This document shows, one piece after another, positions 23,781-36,400 of a stretch of DNA of 64,000 bases. The stretch's first letter is position 1; the number at the start of each line of letters is the position of its first letter. The notes beneath the pieces were generated by a model. The model was not told where the DNA came from. It worked only from the letters and a program-made list of their open reading frames with translations, and did no database searches. This DNA is from Epithemia pelagica. Its lineage: Eukaryota; Protista; Bacillariophyta. Position numbers and translations under genes: made by a program. The stretch lies in the NCBI GenBank assembly GCA_946965045.2, contig OX337229.1, positions 4,650,001 to 4,714,000 on the forward strand. Reading direction: 5' to 3'.

Positions 23781-25754
23781 CTATGCGGCGTCTCTTGCCC
23801 TGACATCCCGGACGTTTACTCTCCAGACTTCTGGGATAGATTCTTCGTCATATCCTTCCATCAACGCTAACACTTGCGAACTACTTTCAAGCGCTTGGTT
23901 GAGCTTGCGGACCACAAGTGGGCTGACCTGGCCTTCTTTGCAAGCCCGGCGGAAAACGAGACCTACAATCTCCTGCCTTGAACTCGATGGCATGAGCTTT
24001 GCAAGTACACCAAGGAAGGAGCCGTATGTGACGTGGTTAGCTGCAACAGAGGAAGTCTGGATCTCTTCAAACGTTTGGCAAGCCACTTTCAATGCCTCCT
24101 CAGTTACTGCACCGCCGGTTGGATCAGAGTGCTCTGCGGCGTTGAGCACAGCATTGTAGCTGAGAATGTTGGGACGAGCACCAGGGTTGCTGCTAGTCTT
24201 CATCTTCTGTAGCACCCTGGAAGCCTCCACGGCTTTGTAGGGAATTTTGGACCTGGCGAAATTCTGGATCAGAGCAGTATATGCATGGACATTAGGTTTT
24301 GGCCCTTTCCGCTCCATTTTCTGAATTGTTCGCTTCGCAAATTCCAGTGAAATGTTTTCTCGCGACTTTGCAAAGCAATCTAAAACGTTTGTGTAGGTTT
24401 TCAAGTTAGGTCTGAGCTTTTTGTTTCTTTCTACAGTCAAAAGAATTTGTCTTGCTCTCCTCGCCGCCTCATAATCACCACTTCTAGCCCAGCAATGTAT
24501 CAAAGCATTATAGACCCTGATATCAAGAGGCACTCCTCTCTTTACTGATGCTTCAACCAGCCGTTCGGCACAACGCGGCATTTCCTTATCATCAACAGAC
24601 GCCAGAGCGAACAAAACGTTTGATATAAGTGAGGAATCTAGCGGAAAGTCGGGATCCGTCCATGCTCTATTGAAGGCCTTTTCTGTTGCTTCAATGGCAA
24701 CATGAGAAGACAATCGATTGCAATAAGAGGATATCAACGTGCTGTACGACACAGAATCTCGTTTGGGCATCCGATTAAAGAGCCTTTCTGCGCGAGTAAT
24801 GGCACCGGGCCGATTGTCCAAGGAAAGGGCGTGAATGACAATATTGAATGAGCGAATATCTGGTCGAATGTCCGTGTACTCTGCATTTTCGAGACAGAGC
24901 TTTAGAGATTCTTCAGCCCTGCCGGGTGATTTAGACAACGAGTGGGCAAAGAGTATTTCATTGAAGCACTCAACAGTTGGAACCACGTCTGCTGCCTTTT
25001 GCATATTCTTGTAAAGTGATTCAACTTTCTGAACATTTCCTTCCAACGCGTACCCATGCATAAGAATGGTGTACGAAACAGCATCCGGGAAAACGCCAGG
25101 TTCATCACCCTCTACCTTCATTTCCGAAAGGATGTCTTCGGCTCTGTCAAAGTTCTTTGCTCGAGTGTGGATAGTCAGCATCAAATTGTATGAGATGGTA
25201 TCTAGATTGCGATCCACTCTGCCGTCCCGATAGAGAGTTTTCCATTCTTGAACGATATCGTCCGCCAACTGTGCGGTATCGGAAGGCGTGCTTCTAGACA
25301 GCGTAGTCAGAACTGAGTTAATCGACAATAAATCCGGCTTCAGCTCAAATCGAGTTTCGCTTTGATCAACCATGTATCGGAAAAGGCTAGTCGCAAGTGC
25401 TACCTTGTTACGAAGGTTCGACTTTGCTAGTTGCAAGAGCGCCGAGTTGCAGTTTTTCGTGTTCATTCCGTATTTCTTAAACCTTCCATCAGTCCATGAT
25501 CCCTTGAGCATTTCGATTATTTTCTCGTCATCTTGAGCGACGTCCAGCTTGGTATAAACGCCAGCAATCTCCGGTTTCGCAAGCAAGGACTTGGTTCTCA
25601 CTGCAGAAGCCAGATGGAGGGACGGATTAAGACATGGATGAACAGCCTGCCAACTGCCCTTGAAAAACGAGAAACCCCTGCAGTTGTCCACAAACCCAAG
25701 CCAGAAAGGGAGTACAAGCAGCGCTGAGCGTTTTGGGAGAACTGCGAAGGTCAT
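23781..25754 (-). CDS. Pentatricopeptide repeat (PPR) protein, probably plastid-targeted
   Basis: Tandem ~35-aa repeats (PDAVSYTILMHGYA, PDIRSFNIVIHALS, VYNALIHCWARSG, PNVHAYTALIQNFA, PNILSYNAVLNA). N-terminal hydrophobic stretch ending CRG-F. Confidence 0.9.
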   Translation of the reverse strand: MTFAVLPKRSALLVLPFWLGFVDNCRGFSFFKGSWQAVHPCLNPSLHLASAVRTKSLLAKPEIAGVYTKLDVAQDDEKIIEMLKGSWTDGRFKKYGMNTKNCNSALLQLAKSNLRNKVALATSLFRYMVDQSETRFELKPDLLSINSVLTTLSRSTPSDTAQLADDIVQEWKTLYRDGRVDRNLDTISYNLMLTIHTRAKNFDRAEDILSEMKVEGDEPGVFPDAVSYTILMHGYALEGNVQKVESLYKNMQKAADVVPTVECFNEILFAHSLSKSPGRAEESLKLCLENAEYTDIRPDIRSFNIVIHALSLDNRPGAITRAERLFNRMPKRDSVSYSTLISSYCNRLSSHVAIEATEKAFNRAWTDPDFPLDSSLISNVLFALASVDDKEMPRCAERLVEASVKRGVPLDIRVYNALIHCWARSGDYEAARRARQILLTVERNKKLRPNLKTYTNVLDCFAKSRENISLEFAKRTIQKMERKGPKPNVHAYTALIQNFARSKIPYKAVEASRVLQKMKTSSNPGARPNILSYNAVLNAAEHSDPTGGAVTEEALKVACQTFEEIQTSSVAANHVTYGSFLGVLAKLMPSSSRQEIVGLVFRRACKEGQVSPLVVRKLNQALESSSQVLALMEGYDEESIPEVWRVNVRDVRARDAA

Positions 25755-26466
25755 GCCTTCTTCAGACTCTGGATATGAGTGTCTCAATTATACAGATCGT
25801 TACCAACAATCAGATTTCAAAGCGTTCCTTCTCTCTGCTATTTTTGGAGGCCATTTGGTCCATGGTTTCTGGGAAATGTACAAAGGTTGACGTGGGGGAA
25901 ACTACGGAGCTCAAGAGCTAGAGGGCAAAGTCTATCATGGTCATAGATCGAAAGAGCAGATAGCAACACAAAAGTCTGGAGAACGATCTGGAGCCCGAGC
26001 GTGCAGGTCGGTTTCGCATCGACGACCACTAGCGACGGCACGCACCCCATGGCAAAATAGGCGCAGCGAGCAGAGAGACCCTTTTCTTTCTGTTGTGGCC
26101 ATCGAATTGAAGCGGCGGCAACAATACATCTCTCAGAAAGAGAACAATCACACACGTCCTCTGTCTCTTGAGTGGTAGTCAGTGGTACAGAGAACGGCAA
26201 GTGGTGAAAGTGTTCTGATCTAAAGTCATTACACCTTATTTCAAAGGTGGTGACACCGGAGACGTGAAACGAGGTGGGTGGTCTTTGTGCCTTTGGATGA
26301 CCGTCTTGTCTGCCGGCAATACCCAACCAACCACACGTTGATCCATCTGTTTTACTTTAGTGTACTTAATCGGTTTCTCGTCGTGGAAGGGGTGCTTCGT
26401 GCAGATTGTTTGGTTCATTGAGGCGTCATTCGGAACAACCTCATTGCGGGGCTTGAATTGGAAGAA

Positions 26467-27587
26467 ATGCGCCCATCCTCCAGCAATCAGAATGATGAGG
26501 GTTGGATCGATTCCATGATTGAACTTCTGCTTTCGGTTCGCCAGAAAAAGCCTGGAACTCCAGTCGACATCTCAGCGGCCGATGCAACCCAGCTCTGCAC
26601 CCAAGCACGTGATCTGTTTCTGTCTCAGCCGATGCTTCTAGAATTGGGTGCTCCCATTAAGATATGCGGTGATGTTCATGGACAATACACTGATTTGTTG
26701 CGGTTGTTTGAATACGGTGGCTTTCCTCCTGAGGTAAGGAAACACTTTTGATAATCATGGATGGCTGAATTCTTTCATGTTCTAACAGAATACCATTTCT
26801 AGGCCAATTATTTGTTTTTGGGTGATTATGTAGATCGTGGAAAACAGTCTCTTGAGGTTGTATGTCTACTGTTTGCTTACAAAATCAAATATCCCGAAAA
26901 TTTCTTTTTGTTGCGCGGAAATCACGAATGTGCCGGTATCAACCGCATTTATGGTTTCTACGATGAATGCCGTCGCCGCTTCTCCGTGAAAATGTGGAAG
27001 CAGTTTTGCAACACTTTCAACTGCCTGCCATGTTGTGCCGTCATTGACGACAAAATTATTTGTATGCACGGTGGACTTTCCCCTGAACTTAGTCAAATGG
27101 AGCAAATCGCGAATATTGCTCGTCCATGTGATGTCCCGGATACTGGACTTCTCTGTGATATACTTTGGGCAGACCCCGACCCCGGTATCACGGTACGTTC
27201 TCTTTGCTTTTATCTTTCTTTTCTATTCAAGGCCTTACGCTCACTGGAATCGAAATACAGGGATGGGGAGAGAATGATCGAGGTGTGTCCTTTACTTTTG
27301 GAGGTGATGTAGTACGCCAGTTCCTCCGTAGGCATGACTTGGACCTTGTGGTTCGGGCACATCAAGTCGTTGAAGACGGCTATGAATTTTTTGCTGGACG
27401 AGAGCTTGTGACTGTGTTTTCAGCACCAAATTACTGTGGTGAATTCGATAATGCAGGGGCGATGATGACTGTCGATGATACTCTAATGTGTTCCTTTCAG
27501 ATTCTGAAACCAGCGAGCGCTGCACAACAGCGGGGAGGCTACGGCGGAGGGCGCCAAGGAACACCAGGCCGAACAGGTGGACGGTAA
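26467..27587 (+). CDS. PP1: Serine/threonine protein phosphatase PP1 catalytic subunit; introns 26734-26802 and 27193-27260
   Basis: [66 protein letters not shown]. Both introns are GT-AG and in frame. Confidence 0.97.
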
Positions 27588-27649
27588 ATGTTCTACTCCT
27601 ATAAGCACTTGTAGCTGCTATCTGTGAAAACGCCTACCAACAACATGAA

Positions 27650-30225
27650 CTATATTAGCACGCTTTGCCCCGACTCGACACTTTGATCAGTTACTTGAAG
27701 ACGTGATCGCTGGCGGACCGCGCAGGCAAAATAGTATATCACGGCTATTGCCATAACCAGTAGTGAGACCAGAAACGAGACATATCCAGCAAAATCAATC
27801 TTGTTACTGTTCTCCACATAGTTCCCTTCCTTTCGCTCAGACATGAAGTCTATCCACAAGAGAAAGAAATCGTACGTCCCATGAAAGAGAACTGCAGGGG
27901 TGAGGATTCTTCCAAGTCTTGCTGTTCGAGTGACTTCAACATCTCGTTCAACCACCCGGATACTCTGCAAGGCAGCTGCGATAGGGTGGACAGGGAATAG
28001 GGAGCGAGCAACGAGGACAGAGAGCTCCATACCAATGGAGTTTCCGCTGTACACAAAAATATAGACAAGATTTTCGCAGCAAGTGAATCCCATGGAGACA
28101 CAAATCATGGACAAAGTAATGGCTCCTCCAAGCGATTGAACTGATTTTTTCTGCTTGGAGAAATCCAGTTGTTCCAGTTCAAGCTGCTGGCGCCGGCGAA
28201 ATTCTTGTCTTCGTGTTTCTTCTTCGTCACCGTCGTCAGCCCCTTGTTGAATCACGACAGTCATCGCTTCTTCAACTTCACGTTGCGTCATGAAATCAGG
28301 GTGTTCGACCATTCGATAGCCAAAGTACTTACAGGCCTCTTCCACCTTTAACATAAGGGTCGAAGCAGCAAACAGGTCAGGGATGAAATGTTGACGATTA
28401 GACGTAGGTCCTTTTATGTGAAACTTACAAATGCGGCGAGACAGAAGGAGCAAAAGGCCAAATAAAAGGTGTAGAAGACTGGATGACGGTGACCAAACGC
28501 TCGAAGATACGAGTCGCTTTCGGTTTTCCCCGCTACATTGCGGGCAAAGCTATCCGCACCAAACACGGCCACCCAATCACTGGAGTAGCCATCCTCGTCG
28601 ACAACCACGCCAACTCCTGAGAGGGCCATTGCCAAATTAATGAAAGCGCGAGCAGTGACCCCCAGAACAAGTTCCCAAACAATGGCCATTGCTGTGGAAA
28701 GGCAGAAACCCGCCGCAAAAAACTTGATCATGGCATCTAACGATAGATTGGTGGGACGAGGTCTGTTGCAAAAGAAGCAGAAAATCGCGGTCAAACCCAA
28801 CGCCTGCAGCCAAACAGCACAATAAACCAAGAAATCTTTCCACCCAAAAACCCTCCACTCCGGAACAGCCAAGTCAAGACCATACTTCCAAAAGTACTTG
28901 CCACCAAAGCTCCAAATTAAGATCAACCCTGTTACTGTCAAGGCAAACTGAACAAGTTGCCACGAAAGATTTGACAAAGCAACAAATGGTGTTGCTGTCT
29001 CATCTGTGTTGTTTCTCGATTCCTCATATCCCAAGTCAGTGTCGTGTCCAGAGTTGCGGTCCGATCCTCTTGCTCCCTGTAAAAGCCCTCCCACGGTCGG
29101 ATTTCTTGTATTGCCTCTATTGCTACCTGTACCATGACGTTTCTTGTAAATGGCCGGATAATAATGGGAGATTGGTTGCATGGAAATGTAATCAACACGC
29201 CGATATGCGGCTGGGAGAATGGCGGATTCGACTTCTCTGGCCTCCTGCGCCAAAGCGCAAATACCGCAAAGCTGTAACTGATGTCCGCACCAAATAGCCG
29301 GGCAGGCATAGTCCCACAAGCATCGAGAGAGATTTGCCTGACGACGACGAGCGTCACGGGCTGCTTGGCGTTGGTTTTCGTCCGTTTGTTGGTCGTCTTG
29401 TGGTTGCTGAAAAGGTCGCAATTCGTAGGCCGCACGATCTTCGGCATAACAACCCAAGAGACAGCACGGATGAGCACATCCAAAATCTCGCTGTGATTGT
29501 CCTAAATAATATTCTTGTTCCTGATTGAAATCATCCGGAGGATCTTGTTCCAAAAGTACAGCTAGATTCTGGTGTCTGTTGGCTTGAAGCGCCGACTTGG
29601 TCCATAACAAATCCTTTCGAATCTCAATTCTTTTCGATCGTCCCTTGTAGCACTGGCGGATCAAGTACACAAGGAGGAGGACAATCGTGGCGGTGGTAAA
29701 GATTTGATTCATGGACTGGTCAGGAATTCTCATGGCACCCGCCGCAGCAAGGGCAAAGATGAGCAGGGGGAAAAATATATGCAACCAAAAGCGTCGGGCA
29801 ATAGAGGGAGGGGTGATTCCCTGCAACAAGTAGCGGTCTCGATCGGATTGAAAAATGCCTCCACAGGCCATGGCACAGCAGTCCACCCGTTCAAACTCGG
29901 TGGCAATGTACATGTCATGCATGGACGTGGAAAATCCACGATATCGAGTGTCATTCAGGTTTCGATGATCCTGCAAGAGGACTTCATGAGAAGCCACGAG
30001 ACTCACGGGATCTCCCCCCGAGGAACGACTCGCTGGACTCACAGAGGCTTGTGGATGCTCGGCAAAGGACCGGTAATTTGTGACGGGTCCTTGCTGCGGA
30101 TGATACTGCGATGCGCCGCCGTCGGGTCTTGGTGATTGAGACTGAGCGCCATGTTGTGACGTGGCCATTTTGGAATCCTCTACCAGGGAGCTTGAGGACT
30201 TGCGTCCATAAAGGTTACTCGGCAT
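27650..30225 (-). CDS. Multi-pass membrane protein: Cys-rich PLAC8-like N-terminus fused to a PrsW-family intramembrane protease domain; intron 28346-28428
   Basis: Spliced AAF|VEEACKY, GFTCCEN, PVH and FHGTYD match the PrsW EExxK / FxxxE / H / HxxxD motifs. Upstream DCCAMACGG and LCGICALAQEARE resemble PLAC8 motifs. Likely start MPSNLYG at 30225. Confidence 0.75.
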
Positions 30226-30833
30226 GTTTTTGTTGGATGTCTTGTCCTTGTCTGGTTTATGAGCACAAACGGAAGAAAGGGCAGTCACTCCAACCAATGA
30301 ATAGACGCTACAAAAAGGCAACGATTGATCCAAACCGTTCCACCCAAGCAGCCACCAGTGACGAGTAACTCGCAATCGCAGCAGATCTTTTCTCTCTTTC
30401 ACTAATAAGGAAGCACCTCCATGGACATGGACGAGAATGAGAGGGATACCGCGAAACAATCGGTTGAAACCTGTGTCACTTGAAACTTTGGACGACCCGA
30501 CCGACGCCACTCTGTGCGCCGGCCGTCTTCTCGCGCGATTGCTACCGCGTGCCGGGAGGTCGCGTTTCCGGTCGCAAAGAAGGTGGTCGACGAGCGAAAG
30601 GGCAGCTGGGACGACAAGATCTGACGACGAAGGATCGAATCACCCGCAAACAATCAACTTTCAACTTGGTTCATTTCCATGTAATAGATCATTGAACATT
30701 GAAGACACTTGTCTGTGGCCCCAGATGAAAGTAATCTTGCTCGGAGCGGATCATCAAAATCAAGAGAGAAAGACCGTTCCCCACATTTGCGACCAGAGTT
30801 ACTTCTATCGGCATTCACATTCATCCACCTATC

Positions 30834-33395
30834 ATGGCCAGGATGAGGATATGTCTATTGCTATCATGTCCTGTGTTGTTGGCTGTTACAACTCATGCTT
30901 GGAACAATGTGCTTCCGACGCGTATTGTGGAGACCAGAAACGTCCGCAATGCGCCGAGTACTCCACTACTTGGTCCAAGAAGATCACTGGTGCTTCCTGC
31001 CTCGACAATGAATGAAGCTCCCACCGAGCAACAGCAACAACAACAGAAGAAGAAGGTTTCTTCGCGATTAGAAAAGGCTCAGCAGCTGTTGGGGCAACTT
31101 TCGGATGACAAGGGGGGAGACAGTTATTTGTTTGATGTGATTCCCGCCTCCAGTGCTGCTACTAGCAGTTCCAGTACGAATAACAACAATCGCCGTTCGT
31201 CTTCCGACGTTGCCTCGAGCACATCCTCCTCTTCGGATGCTGCTGCTGCGGTCGTTCCCGACACGGTCTGGTGGAATGGCAATTTACAAGGAGGTGTGGA
31301 GGGAAGCAATGTTGTCACTCGTTGGTCTCGTGGTGTAAAGGTGGCAGAACCCCTTGTCAAATACGATCCCATTCAGGCCAAGAACCGACTCTTTCGACAA
31401 CCGGCCAAATGGTTGGTCCGAAATTTCCAAATTGCCGTGCCACTGGGATGGTGGGTCGTGGGCGTGGCCTTTGATTTTTCCATGGGACGACAAAAGTTTT
31501 CCAGTCATCGTCGACAACGGGCGCAGCAACTCTCCACGGCGATTTCCAGTTTGGGACCGGCCATTATCAAGGGGGGACAGGCATTGGCCAGTCGACCAGA
31601 TTTGCTACCCAATGAATACTTGGAAGAATTACAAAAGTTACAAGACGATGTTCCACGGTTTTCAAATAAAGTTGCGTTCAAGACGGTAGAAGAAGAACTG
31701 GGAGTCGAGGACTTTGCCCAAGTCTTTGAACTCGAATTCGAAGAGCCTGTCGCGGCAGCGTCGATCGGGCAAGTGTACAAGGGACGACTCGTAGCGAACG
31801 GAGATACAGTCGCCATCAAAATTCAACGCCCCGGATGTGAAGAGATTATTGCGTTGGATCTGTACATTCTACGCTGGTGGTCGGGTGTGTACACTCAAAT
31901 TTTTAAGCTTCTGAACCGCGATATTGATGTTCAGTCCATTATCGATGACTTTGGAGAACTCATTTATCGTGAAATTGATTACGTTGCCGAAGCCGCAAAT
32001 GCACAACGCTTTAATGAACTTTACGCAGGTGTGACAGATGTCTTTGTCCCCAAAATTTACAGTGACCTTACCACACGAAAAGTCCTTACCATGGAATGGG
32101 TGGACGGATGCCGCCTCACGGACGATCCGGGTTTGCGCCGGTATGGACTGGACAATTCCAAACTTGTTGACACGCTGGTCCAATGCAGTCTTCGACAAAT
32201 TCTCGAGAACGGATTCTTTCACGCCGACCCTCATGCTGGTAAGTAGCTGTTGTGGCAGGACATCATGATTTCTTGCTTGTGCCACTCACCATCTCGATTT
32301 TCAGGCAATCTACTGGCTTGTCCTGATGGTCGATTGTGCTATCTTGACTTTGGAATGATGTCTTATGCTACTCTTGATCAAAGAAACGGATTCCTGTTGG
32401 CCGTTGTCAATGTCGTTAATCGTGATTGGGCCGCTCTTGTACAGCTCTATCAACGTCTCGGTTTCATCCCCCCAGACACAAACTTGCTGCCCATTGAAGA
32501 GGCTCTTGAACGGACGCTTCCCGATGCACTCAATGCCGATATCAGTGAATTGAACATTAAGAATATATTCAACAAATTGGGGGATATCATGTATACATAC
32601 CCATTCTCGTTACCTCCCTTTTACATTTCAATTATTCGATGTTTGGGTGTTCTCGAGGGTTTGGCAATCCAAGTGGATCCCAAGGCTCGCATTGTAAGCG
32701 AGTCCTACCCGTATGTTGCAAGCCGTGTCTTGACCGATAAGTCGGATGACCTCCAAGAGGCATTTCGACGTTTGGCCTTGACGAAAGAAGGGAACATTCG
32801 ATGGGACCGGCTCGAAGGCTTGCTTGACGAAGCAAAGGATTCGGCGGGATATGATGTATCAGCCGCCCTTGATTTGCTGTCAGACTATCTTGTTGGTGAT
32901 AACAGTGATAAAATTTTGGATGATTTGGTTCACCAAATTGTCAATGCTGCAGATAGTCTGGGGGCTGAATCTCTGCGCTATGTTGGTCAGGCCGCAAGGG
33001 CATTGGCAATCAACGACGAAGCCACAGCAGTGAAGGCATTCCGAGCCATTCAAGAGCTTTTGAACGCCCAAGATGCTTCCACTGCGAGGCAACTTGTACA
33101 AGATGATTTGCAAAAGGTGCTTCCTGAACTCACACCGTCCATGCAACGCTTTGGTAGCATTGTGTCGTTGCTGGGAACTGCCAGCAGTGATCAGACCGAT
33201 CCTTCCAAGTTCGTTCCGATTGTGCGTAAACTTAATGAAGAGCCAAGGATACGTCAAGCAGCCAGTCAGGTTGCGGCCCGACTGAGTGAGCGCATCTTGA
33301 GCAGAGGACTCAGAGCCGTATTTGGACTACCGCCACCACAGTTTGGTACTGCTAGCGCGTCCTCTACTGTGACAGAGGACATGTCTGCCGTGTAA
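30834..33395 (+). CDS. ABC1/UbiB atypical kinase (ABC1K), probably plastid-targeted; intron 32239-32304
   Basis: LGPAIIKGGQ..ASRPDLLP, LQDDVP, PVAAASIGQVYKG, VAIKIQRP, EIDYVAEA, FFHADPHAG|NLL...YLDFGMM. Signal peptide ending THA-W. Confidence 0.92.
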
Positions 33396-33465
33396 AATGG
33401 CCACTACCTAGAATATAGCTCTACTCATAACACTAAGCTTAGCAACAGAATGTTTGGATCTGGCT

Positions 33466-36400
33466 CTATTTGATGCGTTTCTTGGATTTCTTGGTCTTCT
33501 TTCCACTCCCTTTCCCTTTGTTATTTCGTAGATTTTGCTCTTGTTGGACTTCATGATCTATCTCGTCACTGTCCACACTTTTGCGCTTTACCCGAATAGT
33601 TTGAATCTGTACAGTTCCAGTTCCACCCTCCAGGTCCTTATCTTTAAGTGCATTTGACCACTGGTCGTCTGAGCCCTTGACTGCATATTGCATGTATTGG
33701 TCGTCTCCCGAAACCGATGTGGCAATTCGTCCATCACCTGGTTCTTCATTTTGCTTCTGAAGCGTTTTCATAGCTTCTTTAGCTGCCTCAGATACATCCT
33801 CGTCGAGAGTCTTTTCAGCAACGTCTTTCATTCGATCCGCTGTTTCTTCGGCCTGCTTTCGTTGCTCTCCTCCAAGCATCTCTGCCTCCTCTTTTGCTTC
33901 CAGGATAGCGTTGAACGCAATCGACACCTTCCTCATTGCCTTGTTGAACATAGCAAGTACTTGGTTTCCAGGAAGATTGAGCTCCTTGGTCAGGCTATTA
34001 ACAGAACAGTTTTGCAAACCCAGACCACATAAGAGTGCTGCTTGGACGCTCGACACAGAGAAGTCCGAACCCAGTCTACCCATAAAGTACAGTCTCGAAA
34101 TACATGGTAACAGATCAGCAACCAAGTGGTGATCCGATAAGTTTCGGCCATATACCTCTAGACGCTTCAGATCATGGGGAGTGAGGAATGACTCCAGCTC
34201 TTCAGAAGTCATCTTAACCGATGCTGTACCAGATCTCTCCGATATAGAAAGGCCTGCCTCTTTCTGGGCGGCTTGGAGATCGATGTTTTCCAGGACGGAC
34301 AATGCAAGGCGGACATCCATGTCACGAAAGGGGCCTGCGAGAAGAGAAATGAATCGACGCCTTGTGTCGCCGACAAACGCTGGAAACCAGGATGCATCGA
34401 CACCTGATGTTTTCGGTAACGCTCGAACCATAATCGCTGAATATTCTCCCGTGAGTTCGTTTTTCGTCTGTCGCAAGTAAAGCATTTTCAGACCAGCACG
34501 AGCCCAGAACTTTTGAAGATCATAGGTGAGTCCGAATGATGTTCCAACCCAGTCAAGTCGTGGTGCTTCAACTTCTGTCAGAGGTAAGAGGAGAGGTGGA
34601 AGCTCCTTTTTTGGCCGTAGGCTTTCTCCCAGAATTCCTTGCCCTTTATGACCATCCGTTTCCTCGTCCGTCTCGTAATCTTGTTTCCTCTCTCCGTCTC
34701 CGTCTGAGCTCTGGTCGTCGTCATATCGGTTCAACGAGACCAGTTCTCCATTGTAGAATCGGCAGAGCAATTCGATTGCTCTTGATCCATACCCCATACT
34801 CTGTACAGAGGGGTGGACCGCAATTCGAACGATGCGAGCTCCGCTTAGTTGGGCGAATTTGGAATCTCCAAATTGCTGAGATAAAGTCCAAGGAATCAGA
34901 TCTCCGGCGGAGCGGTGTCCCCTGGCAAGTTGAGCTTCCACAGCTTTGCGCGATATTTTCCCTTCCAGTGCCACTTGGATCACGGCTAGTATATCTGGCA
35001 GGGAATCCACGTCTTTTTCCGCGGAAGGAGAAAGAAGCACATAAAGTCCATGCGATGGAGCGTCCGAGAGCATTTGTAAATCGTTTGGTGTGTTTTTGTA
35101 ATGAGCGCTTGTGTATAGACCCATTATTTTTTGAAGAAAGGATTCTGACAGCTTATGAAACGAAAACAAGGCATCTCGGTCGACGCTGTACAATTCACAA
35201 TCTTCGGGAGCCGGGGCTCCTCCATTGAGCTTCAAGTTGGCACTGGATCCAGAATCAAGGCAAAGCAAGTCGTTTAGCCATCGTTCGACAGGATCTTTTG
35301 CCGCATACCGAATCGGAGTTTGCAGTTCAATCTCTCGAAGCGGACCCAACAATTTTGAGGGATCGCCACCTAAGGACACTGCGGCTGCCGCAGCGGCCCA
35401 TCGTTGTTCATGGACCTTGAACTCGCCTTTCTTGGACTGAGCACCCACCACACCTCCGGCTGCCTCGGTGGCGGCCGCTACCTCAGCTCCACGACCAAGT
35501 TTGGCCTCTCTCAATTCTTTGATTAACTTGAGCGACAATGCTCTCCCAGTACCTTCATATCCATTGACAGTCGAAGATAGAAAGGTCAATCGATCGGGTT
35601 GTCGCATCAAAGCTCGTACCATGGGAAGGGGAATTGCTGCTGCTTCATCAATCGCCACAATCTCTGCACTAGTAAACTTATCTGTCTCGGATGGTGCAAT
35701 GTATTTGCAAGTTTGACGGTGGCTTCGAAAGATATTGATACCAATAATACATTTCGTAGCTTCCCGTCCTGAAGCTTTGTTGTAAACGACACTGTAGTCC
35801 ATGTGCTCCTGAAATTTGAGAGCTTTGAGTCCCCGACACAAAAAGTCAAAGACAGCGACAAGATTCTCAGGCTCCGGTGCCGTAACACAAACGGTGGAAT
35901 AACCCAGAGAAATGGCACCAGCGAGACATAGCCCAATGGTGGCCGACTTGCCTCGCCCACGAGCCGCCGTTAAGGCAACCGTGGATTTTAGAGTCTTTTC
36001 TTTGCATGCCTCCAAGAACACCAACAGGGCATTGGCTTGATCAAGGGTTTTGGCCAAATCCACCAGCACGCCCACATGTGGCGTATCTACGAGAGAAGCT
36101 TTCAGTTCCTTTAGCTCGTCGTCCTCAGGGGTGGAGGGAACCACGAGTTCACCAGCTTCGCCTTTCTCCATGCTTCGTGGTTCGAGACTACGCAGAGCTT
36201 TCCGACTGAGCGGCAAGACATTTAATTCGTCGTCACACACTACACAGTTTGGGCAACGGCCCAGACTTAAGATGAATCGTTCATTGAACCGAGGGACAAT
36301 ATCCCCAGCCGATTCGGTTCTGTAGCGATTGTGAACATCCATGGCCATGGCATACAATTGTTTCAGCGACTTGACGGTTCTCAAGAGAAAGATTATAAGT

